Made by a program: the position numbers and the translations under genes. Source: a virus. From it: a stretch of DNA of 64,000 bases. The notes under the pieces were generated by a model. The model was not told the DNA's origin and made no database searches. It saw only the letters and a list, made by a program, of their open reading frames with translations. Shown piece after piece: positions 49,155-59,346 of this stretch. Positions within the stretch are counted from its first letter, which is position 1. Each line of letters opens with the position of its first letter. The stretch covers positions 1 through 64,000 of IMG/VR virus record IMGVR_UViG_3300033984_000205; one strand, 5' to 3'.

Positions 49155-50171
49155 TTATCTCATATAAGATGAGTTACCTGATGTATATCTATATTTGTTT
49201 GTAAAGTTAGGATCATTAAAGATTCTATCTTCTGCTTGTCCAAGTTTTCCAAAGAAACCATAGTATCTTTTTCTTCTTGGTAATAAGTAGTTACTACCTT
49301 CCATAAGGTCTTCATACTCATCAGTTCCCCAAGGCATCTTGGCTTTGTTCTTAAATTGCTTAATGTATTTTAACCACCTTGCTTCAGCTACTTGAGCTAT
49401 TTGCATAGCCCCTTCTCTGTGATTCCAAGCTTCTCTTTCTTTAGTTTTCCAACCTAAGTAATAAGTAATAGCAGCCTTAGCAGATTCATCATCAGGAATC
49501 ATAGGATAACCTGTTTCTTGATCTACTCTTTGTCTTAAGTAAGCTACTGCTACATATCCTTCTTTAAAACTAAATCTAAGTTGGTCTCCAACAATAGTAT
49601 ATTCATCTGAAAGACTTGAAGTATTCTCATTATACAATCCTGCATTACATTCTGTCTGACAAACTAGACTATTAAAGAAACTATGATTAGCTAATCTAAC
49701 AGGAGTAAATTTAGTTCTGTAAGCTTTAGAATGAACCCAACCTAAGTATTCATATTGTAAATCAAAATAAGGTCTGTAATAACCTATTTCTTGATCTCCA
49801 ATTAATTCTCCTTGGCAATCTACAGCAACTAAATCATCTGTCCAGCCACCACAACAAGAATCTGGAGAACTAATAGGTACTAACTCTTCAGCAATAACTT
49901 GTGGTGTACAAGATACAACATCAGTAGGAGACCAAGCATTATTCTTGGCAACCTGAATAATATAATGTAATCCATTAGGTAAAGCTGCTTGATAATTTCT
50001 AACTTCAAGAAAGGCAATACCTTCTTCAGAAGCAGAAGCCATTTGCATAAATCCTAGTGCCTCTCCTATCCATTCTATAGCCTCATCTTCATTAAGTTCA
50101 ACCCCTCTGAAGTCTCTCATATACTTAGATAGTATAGTGTCTACTGTAACATATTGAAATCTATCTTGCAT
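49155..50171 (-). CDS. tail ring / tubular adaptor protein
   Basis: IEWIGEAL, FSFKEGYVAVAY, GYPMIPD pattern typical of crAss ring proteins. Confidence 0.65.
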   Translation of the reverse strand: MQDRFQYVTVDTILSKYMRDFRGVELNEDEAIEWIGEALGFMQMASASEEGIAFLEVRNYQAALPNGLHYIIQVAKNNAWSPTDVVSCTPQVIAEELVPISSPDSCCGGWTDDLVAVDCQGELIGDQEIGYYRPYFDLQYEYLGWVHSKAYRTKFTPVRLANHSFFNSLVCQTECNAGLYNENTSSLSDEYTIVGDQLRFSFKEGYVAVAYLRQRVDQETGYPMIPDDESAKAAITYYLGWKTKEREAWNHREGAMQIAQVAEARWLKYIKQFKNKAKMPWGTDEYEDLMEGSNYLLPRRKRYYGFFGKLGQAEDRIFNDPNFTNKYRYTSGNSSYMR

Positions 50172-50185
50172 AATCTTTTATTTAT

Positions 50186-51202
50186 TTAAGGTACACAAAT
50201 ATAAGTACCATTTATATATATTTTACTATTAGTAGTAAATATAACTGGAGTTCCTTGAATTAGTAAACTTTCAATTAAAGGTTTGGGAGTTGCTGTAGTT
50301 TCTTTTAACCAATGCAAATCTAACACTAAAGAATTAGGCAAATGATCAGCAACCATTTGTATATGTCCATTTAATTCATCAGGAGGTAAGGCTGTATTAA
50401 CCCAAGACCATGCAGAAAAATGATTTGCTGCTGTAGGTATAGGTAAAAATGGAAGTTCTGTTTTAAACTGTCCTGTCCCAAAATTAGTAACAGTAGACAA
50501 ATCTATAACAATATTAAATGAAACCATTTGTCCAAACCTTACATAATAAGAATTATAGGTAGGATATGTTCCATTACTTCCTGTAAAAGTTAAACCTGTT
50601 GCTTGAAATACAGGAGACCAACTAGTAGTAACTGGTCCAATAGTAGAAGCATCTGCCCAAGTTGTATTATAATTAGAACCATTAACTTTTACTAAGACTT
50701 GTCCAGCAGTTCCTCCTATAGCAACTCCTGGTCCAACTGCTCCTTGTATTCCTTGGTCACCTTTGTCACCAGTATTTCCTGTGTCTCCTTTTATTCCCTG
50801 AATACCTTGTTGACCTTGTATCCCCTGTATTCCTTGAATTCCTTGTATTCCTTGCAATCCTTGAGGTCCTTGTAGATCTCCTACATCATCCCAAGTATTA
50901 GTTATTGTATGCCATACATATAAAGAGCCATCAGAAATAAGTAACCAAGCTTCTCCAGGATTTCCAGGAGCACTTCCAGCTCCAACTTGAAATGCTGCAA
51001 GATCAGGGTAAGAACCAAGCACTGTTAAAGCTGCTCCTACTTCTCCTTGAATCCCTTGTGTACCCTGAATTCCCTGAGTTCCCTGAGGACCTTGGATTCC
51101 TTGTGGTCCTGGAGTAGTCTCTACTTCAGCCACCTTGTGATAAAGATCAACAATTCTTTGTTCAGCTTTACTTATTCTTGGTAATATCTGTCTTTCTTGC
51201 AT
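50186..51202 (-). CDS. collagen-like tail fibre protein
   Basis: Two (GxQ)n collagen tracts, GGTAGQVLVK module, C-terminal beta-sandwich receptor-binding-like domain. Confidence 0.8.
   Translation of the reverse strand: MQERQILPRISKAEQRIVDLYHKVAEVETTPGPQGIQGPQGTQGIQGTQGIQGEVGAALTVLGSYPDLAAFQVGAGSAPGNPGEAWLLISDGSLYVWHTITNTWDDVGDLQGPQGLQGIQGIQGIQGIQGQQGIQGIKGDTGNTGDKGDQGIQGAVGPGVAIGGTAGQVLVKVNGSNYNTTWADASTIGPVTTSWSPVFQATGLTFTGSNGTYPTYNSYYVRFGQMVSFNIVIDLSTVTNFGTGQFKTELPFLPIPTAANHFSAWSWVNTALPPDELNGHIQMVADHLPNSLVLDLHWLKETTATPKPLIESLLIQGTPVIFTTNSKIYINGTYICVP
50740..50870 (-). repeat. collagen Gly-X-Y tandem repeats
   Basis: 9-nt periodicity encoding (QGI)n and GDKGDQG. Confidence 0.85.
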
Positions 51203-51208
51203 GGTTTA

Positions 51209-54200
51209 TCATGTTATTATTGTTGTTATTCCTCCATCTGCTATTCTCCAATTATTTGGTGCTGCTTCTAGTTCTCCTCTTTTTATACTTGAGTTTGCTG
51301 TATACCTAGCTGATCCAAAACTTATGTTTGTTGCAAGTGGCGATGATATATTTGGTTGTACACCATTTACTATCCATCCATTATATATTGCATCTAGGTT
51401 AGTTGATGAGAATGTGGCTGGTGTTTTGCCAGTCATAAAATTAGTAAAATTAGTTACTCCAAAAACATTCCACGAACCTATATTTTGGTTAAAATTAGTA
51501 ACACTATAGGTGCTACTAGCAAACATACTAGACATATTAGTCACTTTACTCACATCCCAATTTTCAAGAGACTCATTAAAAGCAAAAGCACCCTGAAACA
51601 TAGCACTCATATTAGTAACATTACCAACATTCCAAGTTCCAATAGGTTGGTTAAAGGTACTAACTGGTGCATTGTCATTATAGAACATAAATGACATATT
51701 AGTTACCTTACTTGTATTCCACATACTTATGTCTTGATTAAAATAACCATTTCGTAAAAACATTGAACTCATATTTATTGTTGTTACTGATGCATCTCCA
51801 CCAATGTTCAATAAGTTTAATGGTTGGTTGTATCTGCTTGCAGTAAACATACTTCCAAAATTATTAACTTTAGGCACATTCCAACCACTTATTGTCTGAT
51901 TAAATGCATTATTATATGTAAACATACTATTCATAGTAGTAACATTGCTAACATTCCAGTTACTAATATCTTGGTTAAAAGTAGTAAAACCAACATTAAA
52001 AAAGCCAGCAAACATATTACTCATATCAGTCACATTACTCACATTCCAATTTCCAATAGGTCTATTGAATAAGAAAGCTTGATGAAACATTTTGCTCATA
52101 GTGGTAACACTACTTAAACTAGAAACATTTGGTGTAATTCTTTCCCATCCAGCAAGAGGTTGATTAAATGCTCTAGCATTTTCAAACATACTTACCATAT
52201 TAGTTACCTTACTCACATTCCAAGAGTCAATAAGTCGATTAAAAGCAGAAGCACCATTAAACATATCAAACATACTAACTGATGTTGCAGTGGTATTTAT
52301 GTTCCAACCATTTATTCCTATTGGTCTCGGTACTGGATTCTCTGGATTCTCTTGATTGTTGTCTCCATTATTAAAGGCAGTAGCACCAGCAAACATTTTT
52401 ACAAATGCTGTTACTTTAGATACGTTCCACTTACTAATATCTTGATTGAAATTAGGGGCAACCCAAAACATAGCAGTCATATCAACTGATGCTGCTTCAG
52501 TGTTTATGTTCCAATCTCCAATATATTTATTAAAGTCTCTAGCACCTTGGAACATACCATAAAATGACGTCACCTTATTTACATTCCATAGATTAATATC
52601 TTGATTAAATGCTAAACTATATTGGAACATGGTACCCATATTAGTAATATTGCCCATTGTAGATACATTACCTGGTGTACTTCTTTCCCAATTGCCAATA
52701 GGTTGATTAAAGGCAGAAGCATAAGCAAACATACTATTAGTACTAGTCGCCTTACTTACATTCCAACTACTAATATCTCTGTTGAAAACAGATGCACTAG
52801 CAAACATACTATTTAAACTAACTGATGTTACACTTCCTCCTATATTCCAATTATTTATTTTAGATTTTGTAATATCATCTTCATTTCCATTATTAAATCT
52901 AGATGCTCCATTAAACATACTTGTAAAATTATTAACTTTACTAACATCCCATGGTGTAGCCCCTGTTCCTAAATTAGAGTTAAATGCAGGAGCAGGAGAA
53001 AACATAGAATCCATATTAATTGGACCTGTTATATTACCACCTATATTCCAAGGTAATTGATTTCCTACTCCATCTCCAAGTGCAAATCCATTATTAAAAG
53101 TATTACAACCGTAGAACATTTTATTAAAGGTTGTCACTTTAGATACATTAAATAATGATATGTTAGAGTTAAATGCAGGAGCACTTACAAACATACCAGC
53201 CATTGTAGTACAAGAAGATGTATCCCAATTTAATTGGTTTCCTGTTCCAACACCAGGAGCAAATCCATTATTAAATACTATACAGCTATCAAACATGCCT
53301 GACATTATAGTCACGTTAGATGTATTCCAATCACCTATATATCTATTGAATTTTTTACAAAGAATAAATGGATAGTTTAATGACACTGATGATGTTGTAC
53401 TAAATCTCCAATCATTTAATGGTGTACTATTATCCCCATTGTTAAATTCCCAACAATTATAAAACATTCCTTCAAAAGTAGTAACATTAGATACATTCCA
53501 ACCACCTATACATTGATTAAATAAAACACAACCATTAAACACAGCGCCCATAATAGTAACACCACTAGTATTCCATTCATTCATTCTACCAACAGTAGTA
53601 ATTTTAGAACAATTTAAAAATGCACTACTAAGACTAGTCACTCCAGTTAAATCAATCACATCAGTTATTCCAGACATGGTCATATTAGAACATCCATTAA
53701 AAGAAGCTTGAGATATTTTTAATTTACCCCAACTAGATATAGACTTTATTTTTAATCTATCATTGACACTATTAGTATTCCCAAATCCAAAATTGAAATT
53801 ATCTCCAAGTATCCTTACTGTATATTCTCCTGGTGTTGTATATGTGTGTATTCTATTTGCAACAATATTAGTACTATTCATAGTACTATACTGATTATCA
53901 CCCCAGTCTATCCATATTGATTTTCCAACAGGAATACTAGTTATTGGTAATTGTATTTGATTAGCAGCTGATGAACTTTGTAATATACTTAACTTTACAT
54001 TTCCAACAAAACCTACTGGTGTAATTCTGAAATTAGCTGGAAGGGTTGTTGTTGTTGTTAAATTTATTGTGGTGCTAAGATTGTTAGTAGACACTGTAAC
54101 ACTAGGTGCATCCCCGAAGTTAATTATAACCTCACCTGTTGAGCCTGCAGAAAATGTACATATTATTTGCCAACTCTGCCCCGCAGTCATAGCCATGCCA

Positions 54201-54418
54201 AATAGTAATGGATTTGAACCTGATGCATTATGAGTGTATCCAGCATTGTTTAGAGTTGTTCCACCCCCAGGTCCAAGTGCCCAATCAGAAGGTACTGGTG
54301 CTGACGCTCCTCTAGCTGCTTGGTCACCTCCTCCAGTACTAGTAGTATCTGTCTTCCAAACAGATTGAAAGGGAGCTGCTTTTTTTGTTCCGTATATTTG
54401 GAATGCTAAGTTATTCAT
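51209..54418 (-). CDS. DUF285 / BspA-like leucine-rich repeat surface protein
   Basis: About 20 repeats of W(N/D)VSxVTxMxxMFxxAxxFNQxIxx, preceded by a PKD-like IDWGD...HTYTTPGEYTVRI module. Confidence 0.9.
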   Translation of the reverse strand: MNNLAFQIYGTKKAAPFQSVWKTDTTSTGGGDQAARGASAPVPSDWALGPGGGTTLNNAGYTHNASGSNPLLFGMAMTAGQSWQIICTFSAGSTGEVIINFGDAPSVTVSTNNLSTTINLTTTTTLPANFRITPVGFVGNVKLSILQSSSAANQIQLPITSIPVGKSIWIDWGDNQYSTMNSTNIVANRIHTYTTPGEYTVRILGDNFNFGFGNTNSVNDRLKIKSISSWGKLKISQASFNGCSNMTMSGITDVIDLTGVTSLSSAFLNCSKITTVGRMNEWNTSGVTIMGAVFNGCVLFNQCIGGWNVSNVTTFEGMFYNCWEFNNGDNSTPLNDWRFSTTSSVSLNYPFILCKKFNRYIGDWNTSNVTIMSGMFDSCIVFNNGFAPGVGTGNQLNWDTSSCTTMAGMFVSAPAFNSNISLFNVSKVTTFNKMFYGCNTFNNGFALGDGVGNQLPWNIGGNITGPINMDSMFSPAPAFNSNLGTGATPWDVSKVNNFTSMFNGASRFNNGNEDDITKSKINNWNIGGSVTSVSLNSMFASASVFNRDISSWNVSKATSTNSMFAYASAFNQPIGNWERSTPGNVSTMGNITNMGTMFQYSLAFNQDINLWNVNKVTSFYGMFQGARDFNKYIGDWNINTEAASVDMTAMFWVAPNFNQDISKWNVSKVTAFVKMFAGATAFNNGDNNQENPENPVPRPIGINGWNINTTATSVSMFDMFNGASAFNRLIDSWNVSKVTNMVSMFENARAFNQPLAGWERITPNVSSLSSVTTMSKMFHQAFLFNRPIGNWNVSNVTDMSNMFAGFFNVGFTTFNQDISNWNVSNVTTMNSMFTYNNAFNQTISGWNVPKVNNFGSMFTASRYNQPLNLLNIGGDASVTTINMSSMFLRNGYFNQDISMWNTSKVTNMSFMFYNDNAPVSTFNQPIGTWNVGNVTNMSAMFQGAFAFNESLENWDVSKVTNMSSMFASSTYSVTNFNQNIGSWNVFGVTNFTNFMTGKTPATFSSTNLDAIYNGWIVNGVQPNISSPLATNISFGSARYTANSSIKRGELEAAPNNWRIADGGITTIIT

Positions 54419-54420
54419 AA

Positions 54421-57015
54421 TTATAGGTTTCCTGTTGCTATGAATGTGTTTGCAGCTATCATTCTCTTTAATGTAAAACTTAATTGTGGTGGTAGTACAT
54501 TATTTCCAGTAGGGTTTGGTGCATTGTTTAATGTATTACCTGTAGAAACAACTGTTAATGTTACACCAGCCAAAGTAACAAATGTACACTCAAATCCAGC
54601 TACAAGTCCTGTTGGTATTGTTAGTGTTGCAGATGCTGTAAATATGATTACACTTCCACTATCTGCATTTACTAGTGGGTAGTTCCCTGACTTTTCTGAT
54701 ACTACTCTATCATTTAATACTGTTTCAAAAAGAAAAGTTGTATAGTTGTAATTTTTAGTAACAGTATTAAAAGGACTTGCTACATTTACATTTTGATAGT
54801 ATAAAGCAGAACTATAATCTGAACGTATTATCCCACCATTTGTACTTTCAGATATTCTTATTTGTTTTGTAGAAAGAATTAGATTATCTGCAGTTTGATT
54901 TTGTCCAAAGTAATTATTGTAATTTACATTTGTAAGTTTTGAACTAAATAACTTAAACTGATTGTAATCTGTCTCATTTTCAGGACCATTAGAATAAGTA
55001 AATAATCCTCCTCCTGAAATAGTAGAATTATTTAATTGCATACTAGCTACTCCACATCCAATTAAACAGTTTTTAAGACTTGACATTTGACCATTTAAAG
55101 TCAACCATCTAACAGGAGTATTAGCTGGAACAGAACCCATCCCACTAAATGCAGTACCATAAGGTAAAGAACCTATTATTGTATTTGAAATACTTACATC
55201 AAGGAAACTTATATATAGATAACTTAATGCATTTATATTTGATAATGATATATTGGTACCAAACATCTCTACTTTATCAAGTAAAACTACATTATTAAGA
55301 TTTGTTCCTGAACATTTAATATTAGGGTATCCAAAAAAAGTACTATTAAAAAAGTTTATGTCATTACCTACCTTTAGATTTCCTTTTTGAGTAGCATCTG
55401 TGTTTATAAATATTGTATTTTCTAAATTATCTATTATACAATTTTCTACTTCAACAGGTTCTAAAAATGAGTCTAACTCAAATATTGCATAATCTCTAAA
55501 TTTTACAATACTTTCTGTAGAATTTAATCCTCCAGTTCCATCTATTACTATTGGAAAAGAAGTTGAGGAACCTGTAATTCCAGCAGTCAAACTAGTAGTT
55601 TCAATCTTTCTACAAATATACATATACGAAGTACTATTAACATTTAATAGTTCACTTGTATAAAGATACTTACTTTGAAATGCTAGATATGTATTTGTGT
55701 TTGGAAGATCTATATTAAGTAATTTTTTTCTGTAGTCAGAGTCAACTGTAGCTACAGGAACCATCCATCTTCTGTATCTTTGAACTCTCCAATCTTTATC
55801 AATATCTATATTAATATCTTTATTAAATCTTCTTTTTATAAAACCATTTCTTGTTCCAATTTGTTCTTTATTATCATTATAAACAATATTAGAAGTAAAG
55901 TCATAAATTAACTCATCATTTAGATACGTTAAACTATAACAATTTTCATAAAAAGCATTTGTACTTTTTGCTTTTAACACTATACTTTCAACAGGAGCAG
56001 GGAAGTTTTCACTACCATTTAAATCTCCATATGGAGTACCATCATGCACATCAGTATTTAAGACTCCTCCTGGTTTTAGTATTACTTTATTATAAGCATC
56101 ATATACAGTTGCATTATTTAAATCTGTACGAGTAGCAAATCTTGCATATGAATAGGATATTTCTACTCCTAAAATGCTTGGATCCCAGTTCATACCATTA
56201 GCAAATCTATAGTAATAGTTATATTGTTGTTCACTAACTGTTGTAGTATTTCCTACTACTAATCCTCCTGTATATGTTGGAGGTAAGTATTCTATAGTTA
56301 CAACAGTTCCTACATTTAAGTCATAAGCATTGTCATCATCAAAAACTAAAAAATTAGCAATTTTAGATGTAACTGTTTTAAATACTTTTTTTGCAGAAGT
56401 ATTACTCTCATCTATACAATACTTGTGTTGATAGTCAGTAATAGCATAATATCTTTCAGGAAGTAGTGCATTATTATTAATTTTTTCAACATATTCTGCA
56501 TAAGTTCCACTTTCAATCCTATCTACATATTGTTTTGTAGCAGCACCTAAAGCAGTGTCAGGATCTGCATTAAGTATCAAGTCTCCAAACATTGTATCAC
56601 CAGCTTTGTTAATTGGTGTATATCCTAAGTCTGTCCCTCCATTACCACCTGTGCCAGCAGGACCTTGAGGTCCAGTAGGGCCCTGCTCTCCTTGTATACC
56701 TTGTGCACCTTGAGAAGCAAGTAATGCCCAATGTGTTGTATCTAAGTCTGGAGTTGTAGTTCCTGATGTAGCCAATATACAAAACCAAGAAGCTCCATCA
56801 TATCCCACAGCATCATCTGCAACATAAGATGTCTCTGAAACCCAAGAACCTTGCCACTCTAATCCAGCAGGACCAACAGCACCTGCTGTTCCTGGAATAC
56901 CTTGTACTCCTTGAGGACCTATTGGGCCTTGAGGTCCTTCATTGCCCTCTGAACAACATAGACCTCTTACTTTTCTTTCTACAGATGTTACTCTTTCTTG
57001 TATTGACTTTGCCAT
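54421..57015 (-). CDS. tail fibre / spike with collagen repeats, carbohydrate-binding-like module and beta-helix
   Basis: GPQGPIGPQG repeats, WQGSW...YVADDAVGYDGASWFC, AATKQYVD, Asn/Ile-rich beta-solenoid; start set at MAKSIQ (57015). Confidence 0.75.
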   Translation of the reverse strand: MAKSIQERVTSVERKVRGLCCSEGNEGPQGPIGPQGVQGIPGTAGAVGPAGLEWQGSWVSETSYVADDAVGYDGASWFCILATSGTTTPDLDTTHWALLASQGAQGIQGEQGPTGPQGPAGTGGNGGTDLGYTPINKAGDTMFGDLILNADPDTALGAATKQYVDRIESGTYAEYVEKINNNALLPERYYAITDYQHKYCIDESNTSAKKVFKTVTSKIANFLVFDDDNAYDLNVGTVVTIEYLPPTYTGGLVVGNTTTVSEQQYNYYYRFANGMNWDPSILGVEISYSYARFATRTDLNNATVYDAYNKVILKPGGVLNTDVHDGTPYGDLNGSENFPAPVESIVLKAKSTNAFYENCYSLTYLNDELIYDFTSNIVYNDNKEQIGTRNGFIKRRFNKDINIDIDKDWRVQRYRRWMVPVATVDSDYRKKLLNIDLPNTNTYLAFQSKYLYTSELLNVNSTSYMYICRKIETTSLTAGITGSSTSFPIVIDGTGGLNSTESIVKFRDYAIFELDSFLEPVEVENCIIDNLENTIFINTDATQKGNLKVGNDINFFNSTFFGYPNIKCSGTNLNNVVLLDKVEMFGTNISLSNINALSYLYISFLDVSISNTIIGSLPYGTAFSGMGSVPANTPVRWLTLNGQMSSLKNCLIGCGVASMQLNNSTISGGGLFTYSNGPENETDYNQFKLFSSKLTNVNYNNYFGQNQTADNLILSTKQIRISESTNGGIIRSDYSSALYYQNVNVASPFNTVTKNYNYTTFLFETVLNDRVVSEKSGNYPLVNADSGSVIIFTASATLTIPTGLVAGFECTFVTLAGVTLTVVSTGNTLNNAPNPTGNNVLPPQLSFTLKRMIAANTFIATGNL

Positions 57016-57026
57016 CTTATTATTAT

Positions 57027-57830
57027 TTAATTGTATACTCTTATTTCTATTGATACTGGATAAACCCAATCATTTTCAGAAGCACCACTATCAGTAGTTT
57101 GGATTAAACTTACTCTTGTTGAAGATATTCTAGAAGCTGCTAGAACTACTCCAAAAGATCCAGTGGGTTGCACTTGTACAAAAACAGCAGTTTTATCTGC
57201 AGTAAATAACCCTGATGAGTCTATATTATATATACCAATACCATCATAACTAAGTGTAATTGTACCTAGTGTATTTTCTAAAACAATTGGAGGTTCTACA
57301 GAAGCACCTGTTCTTTTTAATAAAGCTGTATACACTTTATATGGTCTTGAATCTACAGGTACTTGCAATTCCCAAACAGCATTTTCTTCTGTATTATCAG
57401 TACATACATAAATATCCCCATTGTCTAATATCCATCTACTACTAGATACAAATCCTCTAGTAATATCATCATTAACTCCTGGAGTAAGTGTAAAGTTATG
57501 ACTCACTTCTCTAATAGTAAATCCGTCTTGTTGCATAACATACTGTCTTCCTGCTTCCCATTTTAATTCGTAGTCTATAGAACATACTTGAGCAATACCA
57601 CCATTACCACCAGTTTCACTATTAGTAGTTCCTTTTTGTAATCTTGAGCCATTATCAAAAAGAATTTTAGCTCCATCATTAAACTCTACATTATTTGTAG
57701 TTGTACTACCTTGAGTTGTAACTGCTTGTAAGTCTCCTGCTGAAGATATATTTATGTTTTTTATTTTAGAATAGAGGTCTACTACTCTTTGTTCTAAATT
57801 TTTAATTGCATAAAGAATTTGATTGTTCAT
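57027..57830 (-). CDS. putative tail fibre-associated protein
   Basis: LQAVTTQGSTTTN fibre motif, YKVYTALL...LENTLG domain; N-terminus shared with neighbouring fibres. Confidence 0.6.
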   Translation of the reverse strand: MNNQILYAIKNLEQRVVDLYSKIKNINISSAGDLQAVTTQGSTTTNNVEFNDGAKILFDNGSRLQKGTTNSETGGNGGIAQVCSIDYELKWEAGRQYVMQQDGFTIREVSHNFTLTPGVNDDITRGFVSSSRWILDNGDIYVCTDNTEENAVWELQVPVDSRPYKVYTALLKRTGASVEPPIVLENTLGTITLSYDGIGIYNIDSSGLFTADKTAVFVQVQPTGSFGVVLAASRISSTRVSLIQTTDSGASENDWVYPVSIEIRVYN

Positions 57831-57834
57831 GATA

Positions 57835-58305
57835 TTAAGTTTTAATTATATATTCTTTTCCCTGTTTTATCTGATTGTAGATATTTCTTTTATTCTCTCT
57901 TGTTAACCTAAAACTATAAAATAATTTATTCTCTATTGGTACTCTGTTTTTAGACCAATGTAACTTATAAACTACACCATTTGTTTCTTCATTAAGACAA
58001 TAAACTATTTTTTTTGTTGCTTTAGCATCAGGACTTCTTTCCCATAATTTCTTAGTCTCACCCCAATTAGGTGGAAGCATTGGTACACCATCTTTATTAA
58101 AAGTGAGTTTCTTTTTTACTCCTTGTATAAATAAGGTTCCAAGTTTTGCTGGCAGAGTAACTTCTTCTCCTGCAATAACTTTCTTCATTAGAAAATCCAT
58201 ATACCCATTAGCAATAGGAATAAAAGTATCAATCTCAATAGGTTTCTTTACTTCTTTAGAATACCTTTTAAAAGAACTTCTTATATTTAGATTTGTTTTC
58301 TCCAT
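57835..58305 (-). CDS. IHF/HU-like DNA-binding protein
   Basis: KKVIAGEEVTLPAKLGTLFI matches the HU/IHF core; such genes are usual in crAss-like structural modules. Confidence 0.7.
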   Translation of the reverse strand: MEKTNLNIRSSFKRYSKEVKKPIEIDTFIPIANGYMDFLMKKVIAGEEVTLPAKLGTLFIQGVKKKLTFNKDGVPMLPPNWGETKKLWERSPDAKATKKIVYCLNEETNGVVYKLHWSKNRVPIENKLFYSFRLTRENKRNIYNQIKQGKEYIIKT

Positions 58306-58316
58306 TATCTATTACC

Positions 58317-59003
58317 TCACTCAGACCTTTGAGTATCTTTTGATTTATTTTCTTTTTTCTGACCAAAGATAACAATAATTTCTTGAACACAGATGTCAAT
58401 TAATGGTTCAATTAAATCACCATCAATATCAAAAGTGTGGTCAGGAGTTGGAATACAATCTAAACATTCTTGGCACTCTTCACACATAGAAGGATAGTAA
58501 TGTGCTTTTAAAGGATCTTCAGCAAGAAGTTTAATCTTTACTATTCCTGGATTTTTCTTTAGGGGAAAGTAAAGGTAACCATTCTCAAATAAGTACTTAG
58601 GTTTAGTCCCTGTGTACTTGTTTCCTTTTAAATAAAGAACACCTTGTCTTGTTACTTCTTCTATTCTAATACTGTTTTCTATAGACATAACATATTCAAT
58701 GTAGTGTCTATTAGAATCTGTTAATATTCTTGGTATTTTAAATTTAGTTCTATAAACATCACAACCTAAATCTCCAAGACAAGGGCACTCATGATTAGGT
58801 ACTTTAATTAGTTCAACACAAGGAAGAACAGTATAGTTCCAATCACTAAGTCTTTGTTTCTTTTTTAATTGTTGAGAAAGTAATTGCATTCTAACAGACA
58901 ATGCTTTATTATAAACATGTCTGTCAGATAGTCTAGATTCATCACTAGACACCCCTTTAGAATAAAGAGATTGAATTCTTTCTACTATTTCAGCTATTAA
59001 CAT
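58317..59003 (-). CDS. putative tail ring / adaptor protein
   Basis: DESRLSDRH, LPCVELI, YLFENGYLY, EDP pattern of crAss ring proteins. Confidence 0.55.
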   Translation of the reverse strand: MLIAEIVERIQSLYSKGVSSDESRLSDRHVYNKALSVRMQLLSQQLKKKQRLSDWNYTVLPCVELIKVPNHECPCLGDLGCDVYRTKFKIPRILTDSNRHYIEYVMSIENSIRIEEVTRQGVLYLKGNKYTGTKPKYLFENGYLYFPLKKNPGIVKIKLLAEDPLKAHYYPSMCEECQECLDCIPTPDHTFDIDGDLIEPLIDICVQEIIVIFGQKKENKSKDTQRSE

Positions 59004-59004
59004 A

Positions 59005-59343
59005 TTAAACTATTTCTATAATGATACCATCATCTTCTTTTATTTCAGCAGCAAAAGAAATAGCTGAACTTCTAAAAGAAGAATTAATGTTGTATATAAT
59101 TACTTTAGGGTAATCCCCTTCTTTAACAAATGCTGTAGCTTTCTTTACAGTCCAATCTGTAAAAGTTCTAATGTAGTTTACAGCAGCAGTTTGTTTCCCT
59201 ACAGGAACAGAAACTAAAACTAAATCATATTGTTTTCCAATACCATGTTTTTGTTCTAATCTTTTATTTTCATTAGGAAAAAAAAGTTTAAAAATACTGT
59301 TACCTATAATCTTTTTAAATCTGTGTAATTGTAAATGTTTCAT
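59005..59343 (-). CDS. ribosomal protein L7/L12 C-terminal domain-like protein
   Basis: YDLVLVSVPVGKQTAAVNYIRTFTDWTVKKATAFVKEGDYPKVI...AISFAAEIKEDDGIIIEIV aligns by eye with the bL12 CTD (FDVVL..KI.VIK.VR.ITGLGLKEAK.LVE..P...A..LE.AGA.VE). Confidence 0.65.
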   Translation of the reverse strand: MKHLQLHRFKKIIGNSIFKLFFPNENKRLEQKHGIGKQYDLVLVSVPVGKQTAAVNYIRTFTDWTVKKATAFVKEGDYPKVIIYNINSSFRSSAISFAAEIKEDDGIIIEIV

Positions 59344-59346
59344 GAC

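Noticed and set aside
51400-53700. Periodic DNA repeats as a CRISPR array or DGR template/variable repeat
   Set aside because: They are degenerate in-frame protein repeats (DUF285); no reverse transcriptase or adenine-specific repeat pair was seen.
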